From the NCBI GenBank assembly GCA_965215195.1, contig CBDCDC010000002.1:4096001-4160000 (forward strand): DNA of 64,000 nucleotides, written 5' to 3'. The position numbers were made by a program, and so were the translations under genes. This document shows, piece by piece, positions 10,357-21,653 of the stretch. The notes under the pieces are model-generated. The model saw only the letters and a list, made by a program, of their open reading frames with translations. It did not search any database and was not told the DNA's origin. Each line of letters opens with the position of its first letter. Position 1 is the stretch's first letter. The stretch comes from Candidatus Latescibacterota bacterium. Its GTDB lineage: Bacteria > Latescibacterota > UBA2968 > UBA8231.

Positions 10357-10459
10357 CTTATTCTCCTTTCGGTAGTGAAGTGAAAAAAGTACTGGACGAG
10401 ATAGGAGGGTGTCAACAGAAAAGCGACTAACCACTAATAGCCAAGTTTTAAGAACGCTT

Positions 10460-11107
10460 TTAGGCGAGGCGAGCGAGCGCGTCTTGCCGGCTGATGCGGC
10501 GGAAGGATTGTTCGAGGACGGGACCTTGGCCCTGCCAGCCCTTCCCGCGCTCGCTGTCGGGCACAGAGTCGCAGACGCTTTGGCACCAAGCGGCGAGCGG
10601 ATCTACCGGGCAGCGGATGACCAAGTCCGGGTCGGCGACCGCACCGGTGGCCGAATACGCATAGCAGGTTTCGATGAGCCGCGCGGCCGCGGCCACCTGC
10701 TGCCGCTGATACTCGCACCGGGCCGCAGGGCCGTCGGGCACGAGCAGGATGTGGACACCGCGATCGGTGATTGCGTTGAGCCGCGCGGCCGCATCGGTGC
10801 CGACCAACACGTCTTTGTGCTCCGGCCAGATGTCGAACATCCCGTAAGCTGCCTTGGGCGTCCGCGATTGGAAGGTGAAGTAATCCGGGTACGCGAAGAA
10901 ATCCTCGCCACTGGCGCGGTAGGTATTGTAAAAGGCGGTCACGTGGGCCATGACCAAATTGACGGCCCCGACGCCTTCGAGGCGATTGGGCGCTAGCAGC
11001 CCCAGCCTTTTGGTATTGGTAAAGCCGCGGAAGTATTCCGCCAGCGCGACCGGCTGGCCGCAGGCGATCATCTCGAAGTCGCTGTCGCGCAGTGTTGAAC
11101 TATGCAT
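10460..11107 (-). CDS. Conserved hypothetical protein
   Basis: Globular-looking 215-aa ORF starting MHSSTL, co-oriented with neighbours. Confidence 0.55.
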   Translation of the reverse strand: MHSSTLRDSDFEMIACGQPVALAEYFRGFTNTKRLGLLAPNRLEGVGAVNLVMAHVTAFYNTYRASGEDFFAYPDYFTFQSRTPKAAYGMFDIWPEHKDVLVGTDAAARLNAITDRGVHILLVPDGPAARCEYQRQQVAAAARLIETCYAYSATGAVADPDLVIRCPVDPLAAWCQSVCDSVPDSERGKGWQGQGPVLEQSFRRISRQDALARLA

Positions 11108-11178
11108 GTATAAGCCCGTCCACGATCCCAATGTAACGCCATTTGCCGCGCCGCCACAAGCAGGTAGCGACGCTCCCC

Positions 11179-11964
11179 TTAGTCCAGCAGAATGCCGCCA
11201 TCAATGACGATATTTTTGCCTGTCATCGACGGGGTTCTACACAGCATTTCAAAAACGTAGAGCAAATGCACAGGGGGGACTTCCTGATTCCACACCTTCA
11301 TTAGGTTTTTGACCCCGTCAATGGCTTGGCGCGGCGTATTGGAAATCATCTGGCCGCTGACAATGACCGGGCTGATGGAGTTGACGCGGATCCCGAATTC
11401 CTTACCTGCCTGCACCGCATAGTTGCGGCTGAGACCGAGCAGGGCCGCCTTGCTGCAAACATAGGGTGCCCCCACGTACAGCCCGCCCACCAGTGCGGCC
11501 AGCGACACAATGTTGATGATTTGCCGGTCGCCGCTGCCATGCTGCATCAAGCCGACCGCGCCTTGGCTCATAAAGGCCGCGCCTTTTGCATTTACATTGA
11601 GGACGCGGTCCCAGTTGTCCTCAGTCATGTCGAGTAACGTTACCTCGCTGAGGAGCCCGGCGCTATTGATGAGCATGTCGAGGCCGTCGTACTGTTTGGC
11701 GATTTCAGCATAGAAGGATTTGATCTGGGCGACATCGCTGAGGTCCACGCGATGGACGCTATGCTCGCCACCGTAGGACGAAACTGCCTCTACCGCGTCG
11801 TCCTGCGGCACCACATCGACCAGAATGGGGATCCCGCCGCACGAGGCAATAAAGGTCGCAAAGAGTTTTCCAATCGTCCCACTGGAGCCGGTGATAATGC
11901 AGCGCCGACCCGCGAGGTATTCTTGCATCGTCACGTACTGCTCAAGCCCTGTACTCCCGTTCAT
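11179..11964 (-). CDS. SDR family oxidoreductase
   Basis: TGSSGTIG, NSAG, YVCSK, IRVNSISP. Confidence 0.85.
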   Translation of the reverse strand: MNGSTGLEQYVTMQEYLAGRRCIITGSSGTIGKLFATFIASCGGIPILVDVVPQDDAVEAVSSYGGEHSVHRVDLSDVAQIKSFYAEIAKQYDGLDMLINSAGLLSEVTLLDMTEDNWDRVLNVNAKGAAFMSQGAVGLMQHGSGDRQIINIVSLAALVGGLYVGAPYVCSKAALLGLSRNYAVQAGKEFGIRVNSISPVIVSGQMISNTPRQAIDGVKNLMKVWNQEVPPVHLLYVFEMLCRTPSMTGKNIVIDGGILLD

Positions 11965-12150
11965 AAGCTGTATCTCCTGCGCCGCTCAGGCGTTGGTGTT
12001 CCTTAACGAATGTACAGGCATTAAAAGGCCCTTGCGGACGCTAGTCAAGGAGCGGCCCGGTTGGGACTCGGCGCCCCTCCTTGACTGGGCCGCGAAAAAT
12101 CTCTTTATCCATAGCGCGAACCACGCACCAACTAAAAAGGAGCCAATCCA

Positions 12151-13227
12151 TTGACTGAATCTACTCGCCAAAGCATCCGACCGGATGACCTAAAAGACTT
12201 TTGCATCGCCGCTATGGTCAAAGCCGGCCTCAGCGCAGAAGACGCCGAACTAAGTGCCCGCGTCTTGGTCACCACCGATACTTGGGGCACCTTTACGCAC
12301 GGCACTCGGCAGATCCGCGGCTTGATGCAGAATGCGCGGCGTGGCCGTCTAGTTGCGACCGCAAAAGAGAAAATCGTCGCTGAAGGGCCGTCTTGGGCCA
12401 TTATCGACGCCTGCGACGGCATGCCGCCCGCCATCTCCTGCCGCGCCGTTGAACTGGCCGTTGCAAAAGCCCGCCAAAGCGGCATGTGCTACATCGGCAT
12501 CCGCGGCAGCAGCCACTACGGTGCGGCCGGGTTTTACGCCAACATGATTGCCGAAAACGACATGATCGGCCTTTCCATGTGCAATGTGGAACCCTGCATG
12601 ACCGTGCCAGGGGGAAAGAGTAGAGTTCTGGGGACCAACCCAATCGCCTACGCCGCACCGACCGGCACCGACCGCACCGTCATGCTCGACATTGCCACCA
12701 GCGCGGTTGCGGCGACCAAGATATTCGCGGCCAAAAACGAAGGGCGCAGCATTCCCGACACCTGGCTGGTCGATGAAGACGGCATCCCAACGACCGATCC
12801 CACTGAGTTTCCGGAAAAAGGGGCGCAGTTGCCCATGGCCGGGCACAAAGGGTACGGGTTGGCCGTGCTGGTGGAGCTGCTGACGGCCACCCTTAGCGGG
12901 GCGGCGATGATGAGCGGCGTCCAGAGCTGGGTAGCCGACACGGACGCGCCCTCAAACCAAGGTCACGCCTTTATCGCCATTGACGTCGGTGCCATGATGC
13001 CGCTGGAGGAATTCCGCGCCCGCATGGACGCCTTATGCAAAGAGATCAAAGGTGCCTCCACAGCCAAAGGCGGGACCATCTTCCTGCCGGGCGAGATCGA
13101 GTGGAACAAGCGCGATCAAGCCCTAGCCGAGGGTATTGTCATGCCCGAGGATGTGCTGATCAGTCTGCGGGGACTGGCCGAGGACAGCGGGCTCGACCCC
13201 GCGGATTTTAATTTGGACTTGGGCTGA
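12151..13227 (+). CDS. Ldh_2 family oxidoreductase (type-2 malate/L-lactate/sulfolactate dehydrogenase)
   Basis: THG, SSHYGAAG, GTNPIA, LDIATS, GHKGYGL, LPGE. Confidence 0.88.
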   Translation: MTESTRQSIRPDDLKDFCIAAMVKAGLSAEDAELSARVLVTTDTWGTFTHGTRQIRGLMQNARRGRLVATAKEKIVAEGPSWAIIDACDGMPPAISCRAVELAVAKARQSGMCYIGIRGSSHYGAAGFYANMIAENDMIGLSMCNVEPCMTVPGGKSRVLGTNPIAYAAPTGTDRTVMLDIATSAVAATKIFAAKNEGRSIPDTWLVDEDGIPTTDPTEFPEKGAQLPMAGHKGYGLAVLVELLTATLSGAAMMSGVQSWVADTDAPSNQGHAFIAIDVGAMMPLEEFRARMDALCKEIKGASTAKGGTIFLPGEIEWNKRDQALAEGIVMPEDVLISLRGLAEDSGLDPADFNLDLG

Positions 13228-13236
13228 GAAGCCGCT

Positions 13237-14631
13237 TCATCTCTCTCCGAAATACCGCGCCAGCGCCCGCTCCGGCGGCCACAAGTCGAGCAACTCGACG
13301 GCCTCTGCCAGCGACGTACCGGCAAAGGACGCCTCCAACTCCTCCCGCGTGCGCCGCCGCGCTGGACGTTCGTCCAGATTGGCCATCTTGAACAGCACCC
13401 GCGCGTTGATCGCCGCGCATTCGCTCAGGCCCTGGGGATAAACCTTGTCCGCGGTGTCGGCCCGGCTGTGGCCGTAGAAGCGATCCTCGGGCCATACCGA
13501 CTCCGTGCCCAGACCCACGGTGGGTACGCCGTGGGCGAAGAACGGGAAGTGATCCGAACCCCAGCTCGTCGTGCCGCAGGACGCGCCAAAGGGCTTTTCG
13601 AGCCCATCCACGCGTACGCGACTCGCCACCGCCTCCAAGACCGGCAGCAGATCCTCGGCCCCGGCAATTCCCAGTCCCGAAGGCCGGCCGCCGACATCGT
13701 TGTTGATCATCAGCGAGGTGTCGTCGAGTTCGCCAGCGTGGCGCTGCGTGTACGCCCAGGACCCGACCAGTCCCGACTCCTCGACCCCGAAGGCGACGAA
13801 CCGCACTGTGCGCCGCAGGTGCTGGCGATGCAAGGCGAGCGAGCGGGCCGCCTCGACCACGGCGACCACGCCCGCGGCATTGTCAATAGCGCCGGGGCCC
13901 ACGTGCCAGGTGTCGTAGTGGCCGCCGCAGACCAAGATCTCCTGCGGATGCTCCCTCCCGGTCAGCTCGCCGACCACGTTCCACGACTCCTTGGGCTCGA
14001 TGCGGCTGTCGAGGACCAACCGCAGACGCACTGGTCCACGCCGCTGCTGCAGACGCTTGAGGTACTCGGCGTCTTCGAGGCTGATCGAGGCCACCGGTAG
14101 GTCGCCGACCCGCTGGAAGCAGCAGGTGCGGGCCGGCTGTAGGGCACCGGCGTAGTTGCGGTGCTCGAGGAGTGCCACCGCGCCGAAGCGCGCTGCTAGG
14201 GGCGTCTTCAACTGGCGGGCAAAGGGGTAGTAGGGTGCCACTGCGATGCGGCCGCGCACCTCGTCGGCCCGCTGCGCCAACTCCTCGGCGTCGCAGCACT
14301 CGAGGAACACCACCTCCCCTTCCACTCCCTGCGCTGGGGTCGAAGGCGACAGCCCTCCGCACCGACATGGAATCGAGCGTCCTGCCTCCGGTGCCACCAC
14401 GGTCAACTCCTCGCGCTGCGGTCGCCAGGCGCGGTACTCGAAGGGTTCCAAGTGGACGCGGTCGAGTCCATAGCGCTGAAAGGTCTGCAGCAGGAAGTCC
14501 CGCGCCCGGACCTCCCCCTCGCTGCCGGCTACGCGCATGCCGATGTCGTCGGCCAGCACGAGCAGGTTTTCCCAGGCCTCGGACCGCGCCTCAATCTCGG
14601 CGACGATTGCTTCTTCGATTTTGTTTTCCAT
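13237..14631 (-). CDS. M28 family metallopeptidase with PA domain (carboxypeptidase Q-like)
   Basis: GGHYDTW, GAIDNAAG, GVEESGLVGS, NND, SDH, HSRADT. Confidence 0.88.
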   Translation of the reverse strand: MENKIEEAIVAEIEARSEAWENLLVLADDIGMRVAGSEGEVRARDFLLQTFQRYGLDRVHLEPFEYRAWRPQREELTVVAPEAGRSIPCRCGGLSPSTPAQGVEGEVVFLECCDAEELAQRADEVRGRIAVAPYYPFARQLKTPLAARFGAVALLEHRNYAGALQPARTCCFQRVGDLPVASISLEDAEYLKRLQQRRGPVRLRLVLDSRIEPKESWNVVGELTGREHPQEILVCGGHYDTWHVGPGAIDNAAGVVAVVEAARSLALHRQHLRRTVRFVAFGVEESGLVGSWAYTQRHAGELDDTSLMINNDVGGRPSGLGIAGAEDLLPVLEAVASRVRVDGLEKPFGASCGTTSWGSDHFPFFAHGVPTVGLGTESVWPEDRFYGHSRADTADKVYPQGLSECAAINARVLFKMANLDERPARRRTREELEASFAGTSLAEAVELLDLWPPERALARYFGER

Positions 14632-14638
14632 TGCTACC

Positions 14639-16117
<1,479 letters not shown>

Positions 16118-16435
16118 GGTTCGGTCCTTTTTTGGCGGAATCTGGCCAGCCGGCGAAAGCGACTCGACTCGAAAGATGGATGGGGCCATTGAGTCGTCAA
16201 TGCTTGTAAAAACCCTGTCTCGCCCGAATGAAGCTGTTCACGCTCTTCACTCAGCGCAGCACCGCCAGAGTACCAGAAGCTCAGAAACGGGTCGTTTAGC
16301 TTGTATAGAGAACGCCTCGTCGATTTGGTGGTCGCCGGACAATCGGCATCGGGGTAGCTGACCCGTCGGCGGCGAACCAGACTGCGTAACGGCGCTTCTT
16401 TGAGTTGAGCGGGTAGGCGCTGGGCTGCGATTGTA

Positions 16436-16465
16436 GAGGCGGCCTGAACGTTGCCAGACCGCCTC
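16436..16465. repeat. Collapsed family-B element: two terminal inverted repeats 8 bp apart
   Basis: GAGGCGGCCTG-aacgttgc-CAGACCGCCTC flanked by TA; resembles the GAAGCGGTCTG ends of 20872-21039. Confidence 0.5.
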
Positions 16466-16621
16466 TAAGGGCCGTGCGTCGTGTGCCCGCAATGCGGCTG
16501 ATCTATACGGCTGCCCGAATGGATGGCTCTGCCTCGGTAAACCCTGCGCCGCGCCGCTGTAATACCCTTGACCCGACCCCTGTGGATGGTATCGCGCACC
16601 AAACGGCAATGAGGGTTTTCA

Positions 16622-18349
16622 TTATTGATGGACCGTAACGCCTGCTGCTTTGAGGGCGGGGATGTGTGTGTTGATTGACTCGGTACTGAGGGTAGTGATG
16701 CCCCGGAGATCCAGTTCTTCCAAGTTGGTCAGGCTCGTCAACGGACCCACATTCGTAATGGACGTGTGAGTCAGCGATATAAGTTCCAAGTTGGTCAGGC
16801 TCGCCAACGAAGCCACCCCCGCATCCCCAATGGACGTGCTATTCAGCTCCAGTTCCCATAGCGCGGTCAGGCTCGCCAACGAAGCCACCCCCGCATCCCC
16901 AATGGACGTGTTACTCAGAGCCAGCCATCTCAGGTTGGTCAGGCTCGTCAACGAAGCCGCCCCCGCATCCGTAATGGACGTGCTACTCAGATTCAGATCT
17001 TGCAAGGTAGTCAGGCTCGCCAACGAAGCCGCCCCCGCATCCCCAATGGACGTGCTACCCAGATACAGTGTATGCAGTTTGGTCAGGCTCGCCAACGAAG
17101 CCGCCCCCGCATCCCCAATGGACGTGCTACCCAGATCCAGCGTTTGCAAGGTAGTCAGGCTCGCCAACGAAGCCGCCCCCGCGTCCCCAATGGACGTGCT
17201 ACCCAGATCCAGCGTTTGCAAGGTAGTCAGGCTCGCCAACGAAGCCGCCCCCGCATCCCCAATGTCCGTGCCATTCAGATGCAGCGCGCTCAATTTGGTC
17301 AGGCTCGCTAACGGACTCACATCCGCAAGAGCCGCGTTGCCGGTCAGTTCCAGAACAACCAGCGCCGTCGCGTGTTCGAGGCCGGCCAAGCTCTGAATGT
17401 CTAGACGGTTTGCGGCAAGAGTTCTTAGGGACGCCAGATCCTCGGGTGTAAGTGCGCCTGTCGGTTTACCCAGTTGCCCCCGCACCGCACCCTCTAAGTT
17501 GGCGTCGGCGAACGAGACGACTACCGGGGCCGGGGGTGGAGCCGGGGCCGGGTCTGCTGCCGGGGCCGGTGGTGGTTGCGGGTTCGGCAGGACGACGGAG
17601 ACCTTGACGTCCTGCTCTATCAAGGTGGGAACCTGTTCGGCGAGGTCCGGTTGGCGAATGAGATTGTCCACTAAGCCCAGCCAGTCCAGCCGGGTCAGAC
17701 CATCCAACGCACTCACGTCCGCCACCGCGTTGTACCCCAAGTCCAGCGAGGTCAGCTGGGTCAACCCCGCCAACGCACTCACCGCTTCAATCGCGTTGCC
17801 CCACAGGTTCAGGTAGGTCAGCTTCGTCAAGCCTGCCAACGCACTCACGTCCGCCACCTCGTTGCCCCACAGACTCAACCATTTCAAATTGGTTAACCCC
17901 GCCAACGCACCCACATCCACCACCTGATTATGCCCTAAGTTCAGGTGGGTCAACTGGGTCAAGCCTGCCAACGGACTCAAATCCACAATCTGGTTGCCCC
18001 ACAGGTTCAGCGTGTCCAGCGCCGTCGCGTGTTCGAGACCGGCCAAGCGCTCAATGCCTGAGACGTCTTGCCATTCTACGTCGAGTTTCGTCAGGGACGC
18101 CAGATCGTCGGCGGTCAGCGGGCCTTCCGGCTTGTTCAGCGTCCGCCGCACCGCACGCTCTAGGTTGGCATCGGCAAACGAGACGACAGCGGGCGCAGGG
18201 CTGTCGGTTGCAGCGTCCGACGGCGTACTATCGGCTTCGGCCTGCCCCAAGGCTTTGCCCGCTGGCACCGGCGCGACCGGCGGATCGGAACAGGCCACTA
18301 CGCCTAAAACGACGACCAGCAGGGCGTTTATTCGCTTCCATAACGGCAT
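16622..18349 (-). CDS. Leucine-rich-repeat lipoprotein, paralog 1 (two LRR modules)
   Basis: Lipobox VVAC; VSFADANLE caps; 22-aa internalin-type and 24-aa LxxLxLxxTxIGDAG repeats; Pro-rich linker. Confidence 0.9.
   Translation of the reverse strand: MPLWKRINALLVVVLGVVACSDPPVAPVPAGKALGQAEADSTPSDAATDSPAPAVVSFADANLERAVRRTLNKPEGPLTADDLASLTKLDVEWQDVSGIERLAGLEHATALDTLNLWGNQIVDLSPLAGLTQLTHLNLGHNQVVDVGALAGLTNLKWLSLWGNEVADVSALAGLTKLTYLNLWGNAIEAVSALAGLTQLTSLDLGYNAVADVSALDGLTRLDWLGLVDNLIRQPDLAEQVPTLIEQDVKVSVVLPNPQPPPAPAADPAPAPPPAPVVVSFADANLEGAVRGQLGKPTGALTPEDLASLRTLAANRLDIQSLAGLEHATALVVLELTGNAALADVSPLASLTKLSALHLNGTDIGDAGAASLASLTTLQTLDLGSTSIGDAGAASLASLTTLQTLDLGSTSIGDAGAASLASLTKLHTLYLGSTSIGDAGAASLASLTTLQDLNLSSTSITDAGAASLTSLTNLRWLALSNTSIGDAGVASLASLTALWELELNSTSIGDAGVASLASLTNLELISLTHTSITNVGPLTSLTNLEELDLRGITTLSTESINTHIPALKAAGVTVHQ
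16795..17300 (-). repeat. About seven tandem 72-bp coding repeats
   Basis: Recurring GTCAGGCTCGCCAACGAAGCC(A/G)CCCCCGCATCCCCAATG with a 72-bp period. Confidence 0.85.
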
Positions 18350-18504
18350 TGTTTGCCTCCTTCTATAATAAGGTTTGAGGGATCAGGAGCGGGAATCGTC
18401 CGCCCTAGCAGACGACAGCCGCCGTAGCTACTACCTATTGTGTTCGTAGATCACCCGATGGCTCCTCAGCGGGATCACCCCTACTACGAGAATGAGGGTT
18501 TTCA

Positions 18505-20454
18505 TTATCGGGAGACCGTAACGCCTGCTGCTTCGAGGGCGGGGATGTGTGTGTTGAGTGACTCGGCACTGAGGGTAGGGATACTAATCAGAGTCAGCGA
18601 TTTCAACTTGGTCAGGCTGAGCAACGGACTCACATCCGTAATGTTCGTGAAACTCAGATTCAGCGTTTGCAAGTTGGTCAGGCTCGCCAACGAAGCCACC
18701 CCCGCATCCCCAATGTCCGTGAGACTCAGAATCAGCGCTTCCAAGTTGGTCAGGCTCGTCAACGAAGCCACCCCCGCATCCGTAATGGCCGTGTTAGTCA
18801 GACCCAGTTCTTCCAAGTTGGTCAGGCTCGTCAACGAAGCCACCCCCGCATCCCCAATGGCCGTGTTATTCAGATACAGCGTTTGCAACTTGGTCAGGCC
18901 CGCCAACGGACTCACATCCGCAAGAGCCGAGTTATCACTCAGGCTCAGCGAAGTCAGCGCCGTCGCGTGTTCGAGGCCGGCCAAGCTCTCAATGTTTAGA
19001 TCTCTTGCAGTAAGGGACGTTAGGGACGCCAGATCATTAGGTCTAAGTGCGCCTGTCGGTTTACCCAGTTCCTGCCGCACCGCACCCTCTAAGTTGGCGT
19101 CGACGAACGAGACGATTACCACCCCTACTACAAGAACGCCTGCTGCTTCAAGGGCGGGAATGTGTGTATTGATTGACTCATCACTGAGGGTAGTGACGCC
19201 AGTCAGATTCAGCGTACTCAAGTTGGTCAGACTGAGCAACGGGCTCACATCCGCAATGGCCGTGCTACTCAGAATCAGTGTTTCCAGCTTGGTCAGGCTC
19301 GCCAACGAAGCCAACCCCGCATCCGCAATGGCCGTGCTACTCAGAATCAGCGTTTGCAACTTGGTCAGGCTCGCCAACGGACTCACATCCGCAAGAGCCG
19401 CGTTGTCGGACAGGTCCAGCTCAACCAGTGCCGTCGCGTGTTCGAGGCCGGCCAAGCTCTCAATGTTTAGATTGCTTGCTAAAAGCTGGGTTAGGGACGC
19501 CAGATCCGCGGATGTAAGTTCGCCTTCCGCTTGCCCCAACGCCTGCCGCACCGCACCCTCTAGATTGGCATCGGCGAACGAGACGACTACCGGGTCTGGT
19601 GGTGGATCCGGGGTCGGGGGTGGATCCGGGGCTGGTGGTGGATCCGGGGCCGGGTCTGCTACCGGAGCCGGGGCCGGTGGTTGTGGGTTTGGCAGGACGA
19701 CCGAGACCTTGACGTCTCCTTCTATCAAGGTGGGCACCTGTTCGGCGAGGTCCCCTTGGCGAATGGGATTGTCCACCAAGCCCAACCAGTCCAGCCGGGT
19801 CAGGTCATCCAACGGACCCACATCCACCACCGCGTTGTGCCCCAAGTCCAGCGAGGTCAGCTTTGTCAACCCCGACAATGCGCTCACCGCTTCAATCTGG
19901 TTGCCCCACAGGTTCAGATAGGTCAGCTTCGTCAACCCTGCCAACGGACTCACGTCCGCCACCGCGTTGCCCCACAGACTCAGCCATTGCAAGTTGGTCA
20001 AGCCCGCCAACGCACCCACATCCACCACCTGATTGTGCCCCAAGTTCAGGTAGGTCAACTGGGTCAACCCCGCCAGCGGACTCAAATCCGCCACCGCGTT
20101 GCCCCACAGATTCAGCGTGTCCAGCGCTGTCGCATGTTCGAGGCCGGCCAAGCTCTCAATGCCTGAGACGTCTTGCCGCTCTACGTCGAGCTTCGTCAGG
20201 GACGCTAGATCGTCGGCGGTCAGCCGGCCTTCCGGCTTGTTCAGCGTCCGCCGCACCGCACGCTCCAAGTTGGCGTCGGCAAACGAGACGATGGCTGGCG
20301 CGGGGCTATCGGTTGCAGCGTCCGACTGCGTGCTATCGGCCTCGGCCTGCCCGAGGGCTTTGCCCGCCGGGGCCGGCGCGACCGGCGGATCGGAACAGGC
20401 CACTACGCCTAAAACGACGACCAGCAGGGCGTTTATTCGCTTCCATAACGGCAT
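18505..20454 (-). CDS. Leucine-rich-repeat lipoprotein, paralog 2 (three LRR modules)
   Basis: N-terminus nearly identical to paralog 1; the C-cap ES(I/L)NTHIPALEAAGV occurs twice. Confidence 0.9.
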   Translation of the reverse strand: MPLWKRINALLVVVLGVVACSDPPVAPAPAGKALGQAEADSTQSDAATDSPAPAIVSFADANLERAVRRTLNKPEGRLTADDLASLTKLDVERQDVSGIESLAGLEHATALDTLNLWGNAVADLSPLAGLTQLTYLNLGHNQVVDVGALAGLTNLQWLSLWGNAVADVSPLAGLTKLTYLNLWGNQIEAVSALSGLTKLTSLDLGHNAVVDVGPLDDLTRLDWLGLVDNPIRQGDLAEQVPTLIEGDVKVSVVLPNPQPPAPAPVADPAPDPPPAPDPPPTPDPPPDPVVVSFADANLEGAVRQALGQAEGELTSADLASLTQLLASNLNIESLAGLEHATALVELDLSDNAALADVSPLASLTKLQTLILSSTAIADAGLASLASLTKLETLILSSTAIADVSPLLSLTNLSTLNLTGVTTLSDESINTHIPALEAAGVLVVGVVIVSFVDANLEGAVRQELGKPTGALRPNDLASLTSLTARDLNIESLAGLEHATALTSLSLSDNSALADVSPLAGLTKLQTLYLNNTAIGDAGVASLTSLTNLEELGLTNTAITDAGVASLTSLTNLEALILSLTDIGDAGVASLASLTNLQTLNLSFTNITDVSPLLSLTKLKSLTLISIPTLSAESLNTHIPALEAAGVTVSR

Positions 20455-20871
20455 TGTTTGCCTCCTTCTATAATAAGGTTTGAGGAATCAGGAGCAGGAA
20501 CCGTCCGCTATGGCAGACGAATGCCGCACGGGCAACATGCGGCGAGGGGCGGGACGGATCGCCAAACGGCCGCTTGGGAGCCGTCGCTGGTGCTTGAGCA
20601 GTAGGGAATCTAGCGCACGAGCAGAACTTTGAAGAAAGGAGGTATAAATTACTTTTTTTACCGACGTATAGCGCATTTTACTCGGCGATACCTCCCAACA
20701 CACCAGTAAGGCCCCTCGCTGATGCTAATATGGAACGCGCAAGTCCTCCAACCAGCGAAACGAAACGTACGGCATGGGCCGTGCGCCTTTTACAATATGC
20801 CCAAGGAAACAGGAATGCAACCTAAGCAGGGCGAAATTGCACTTACGAGCTGACGTTACGCACTTTGCTGA

Positions 20872-21039
20872 GAAGCGGTCTGAAAGTTCCGCGAACCGTC
20901 CCTTGTGTGCAGCAAACAATCTAGGATCGAGGGCGTCTCGCCCTCGACAAGCGCTCCCTCCGAGGGCCGCTTGACCGCTACTCAACGCGATCCGCCGGCG
21001 GTTTGTCACGCCTAAAGGCGCGGTGAACCAGACCGCTTC
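20872..21039. mobile_element. MITE family B (168 bp)
   Basis: 11-bp TIR GAAGCGGTCTG/CAGACCGCTTC, flanked by TGA on both sides; internal REP-like GGATCGAGGGCGTCTCGCCCTCG. Confidence 0.75.
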
Positions 21040-21422
21040 TGAAAAATGCTTCGTTTCGCCACAACATCTTGTATATCCAATTTTAACCAAATTACAAGAT
21101 ATAGAGTCGCTGCGTAACGTCCGTTACGAGTTGAATCCGCGCATTAAAACAACAAGTCAAGACACAACTGATGGTCCGCACGGGTAGGCGGTCGCGCCTA
21201 AAAGCCTGCCGGGGGGCGAGGGGAAGCAGGACCGGCGAGACCGGCTCCGTGCGGCGATGAACGCAGCCGCGTCGTTTTCTCGGCAACCGAACAGCGGTTC
21301 CCATCTCCCACCGCAGATTATCGCCAAGAGCGGCTAGAGTCGGCGAAAAGGTTCGTCCCCGCACGAACCACTTTGGCTGCCTTGCTCTAGTGCTAGGCCG
21401 CGTCTTTTTTATAGTCAACCCA

Positions 21423-21626
21423 CTTAGTACACGACACCTAAAGTAGGCGACCCTTACTTTGAGTACGCATTTTCTGCTGTTTCCGATGTGTTCGGGAGCG
21501 AGGGCACCAGTTCCCAAGCACGGGCTTGAGCCTGCTCTCGGGTCCGGGATCGAGGGCGTCCCGCCCTCGACGAGGGCAAGATGCCCTCGATCCTTGGCAG
21601 GCTGAGGGCTGGTGTCGTGTAGTAAG
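21423..21626. mobile_element. MITE family C (204 bp) with 9-bp target duplication
   Basis: TIR CTTAGTACACGACACC/GGTGTCGTGTAGTAAG; perfect GTCAACCCA at 21414-21422 and 21627-21635. Confidence 0.85.
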
Positions 21627-21653
21627 GTCAACCCATTTCAACCGCTAGAAGCC

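Noticed and set aside
16795-17300. 72-bp periodic repeats as a CRISPR array or DGR
   Set aside because: They are in-frame LRR coding units. There are no unique spacers, cas genes or reverse transcriptase, and the variation is not adenine-specific.
16791-20483. Long antisense ORFs over the LRR genes (up to 493 aa)
   Set aside because: They are mirror frames of repetitive coding DNA with no independent features.
20725-21641. Minus-strand ORFs of 121, 179 and 67 aa
   Set aside because: They run through MITEs and intergenic DNA and show no protein-like motifs.
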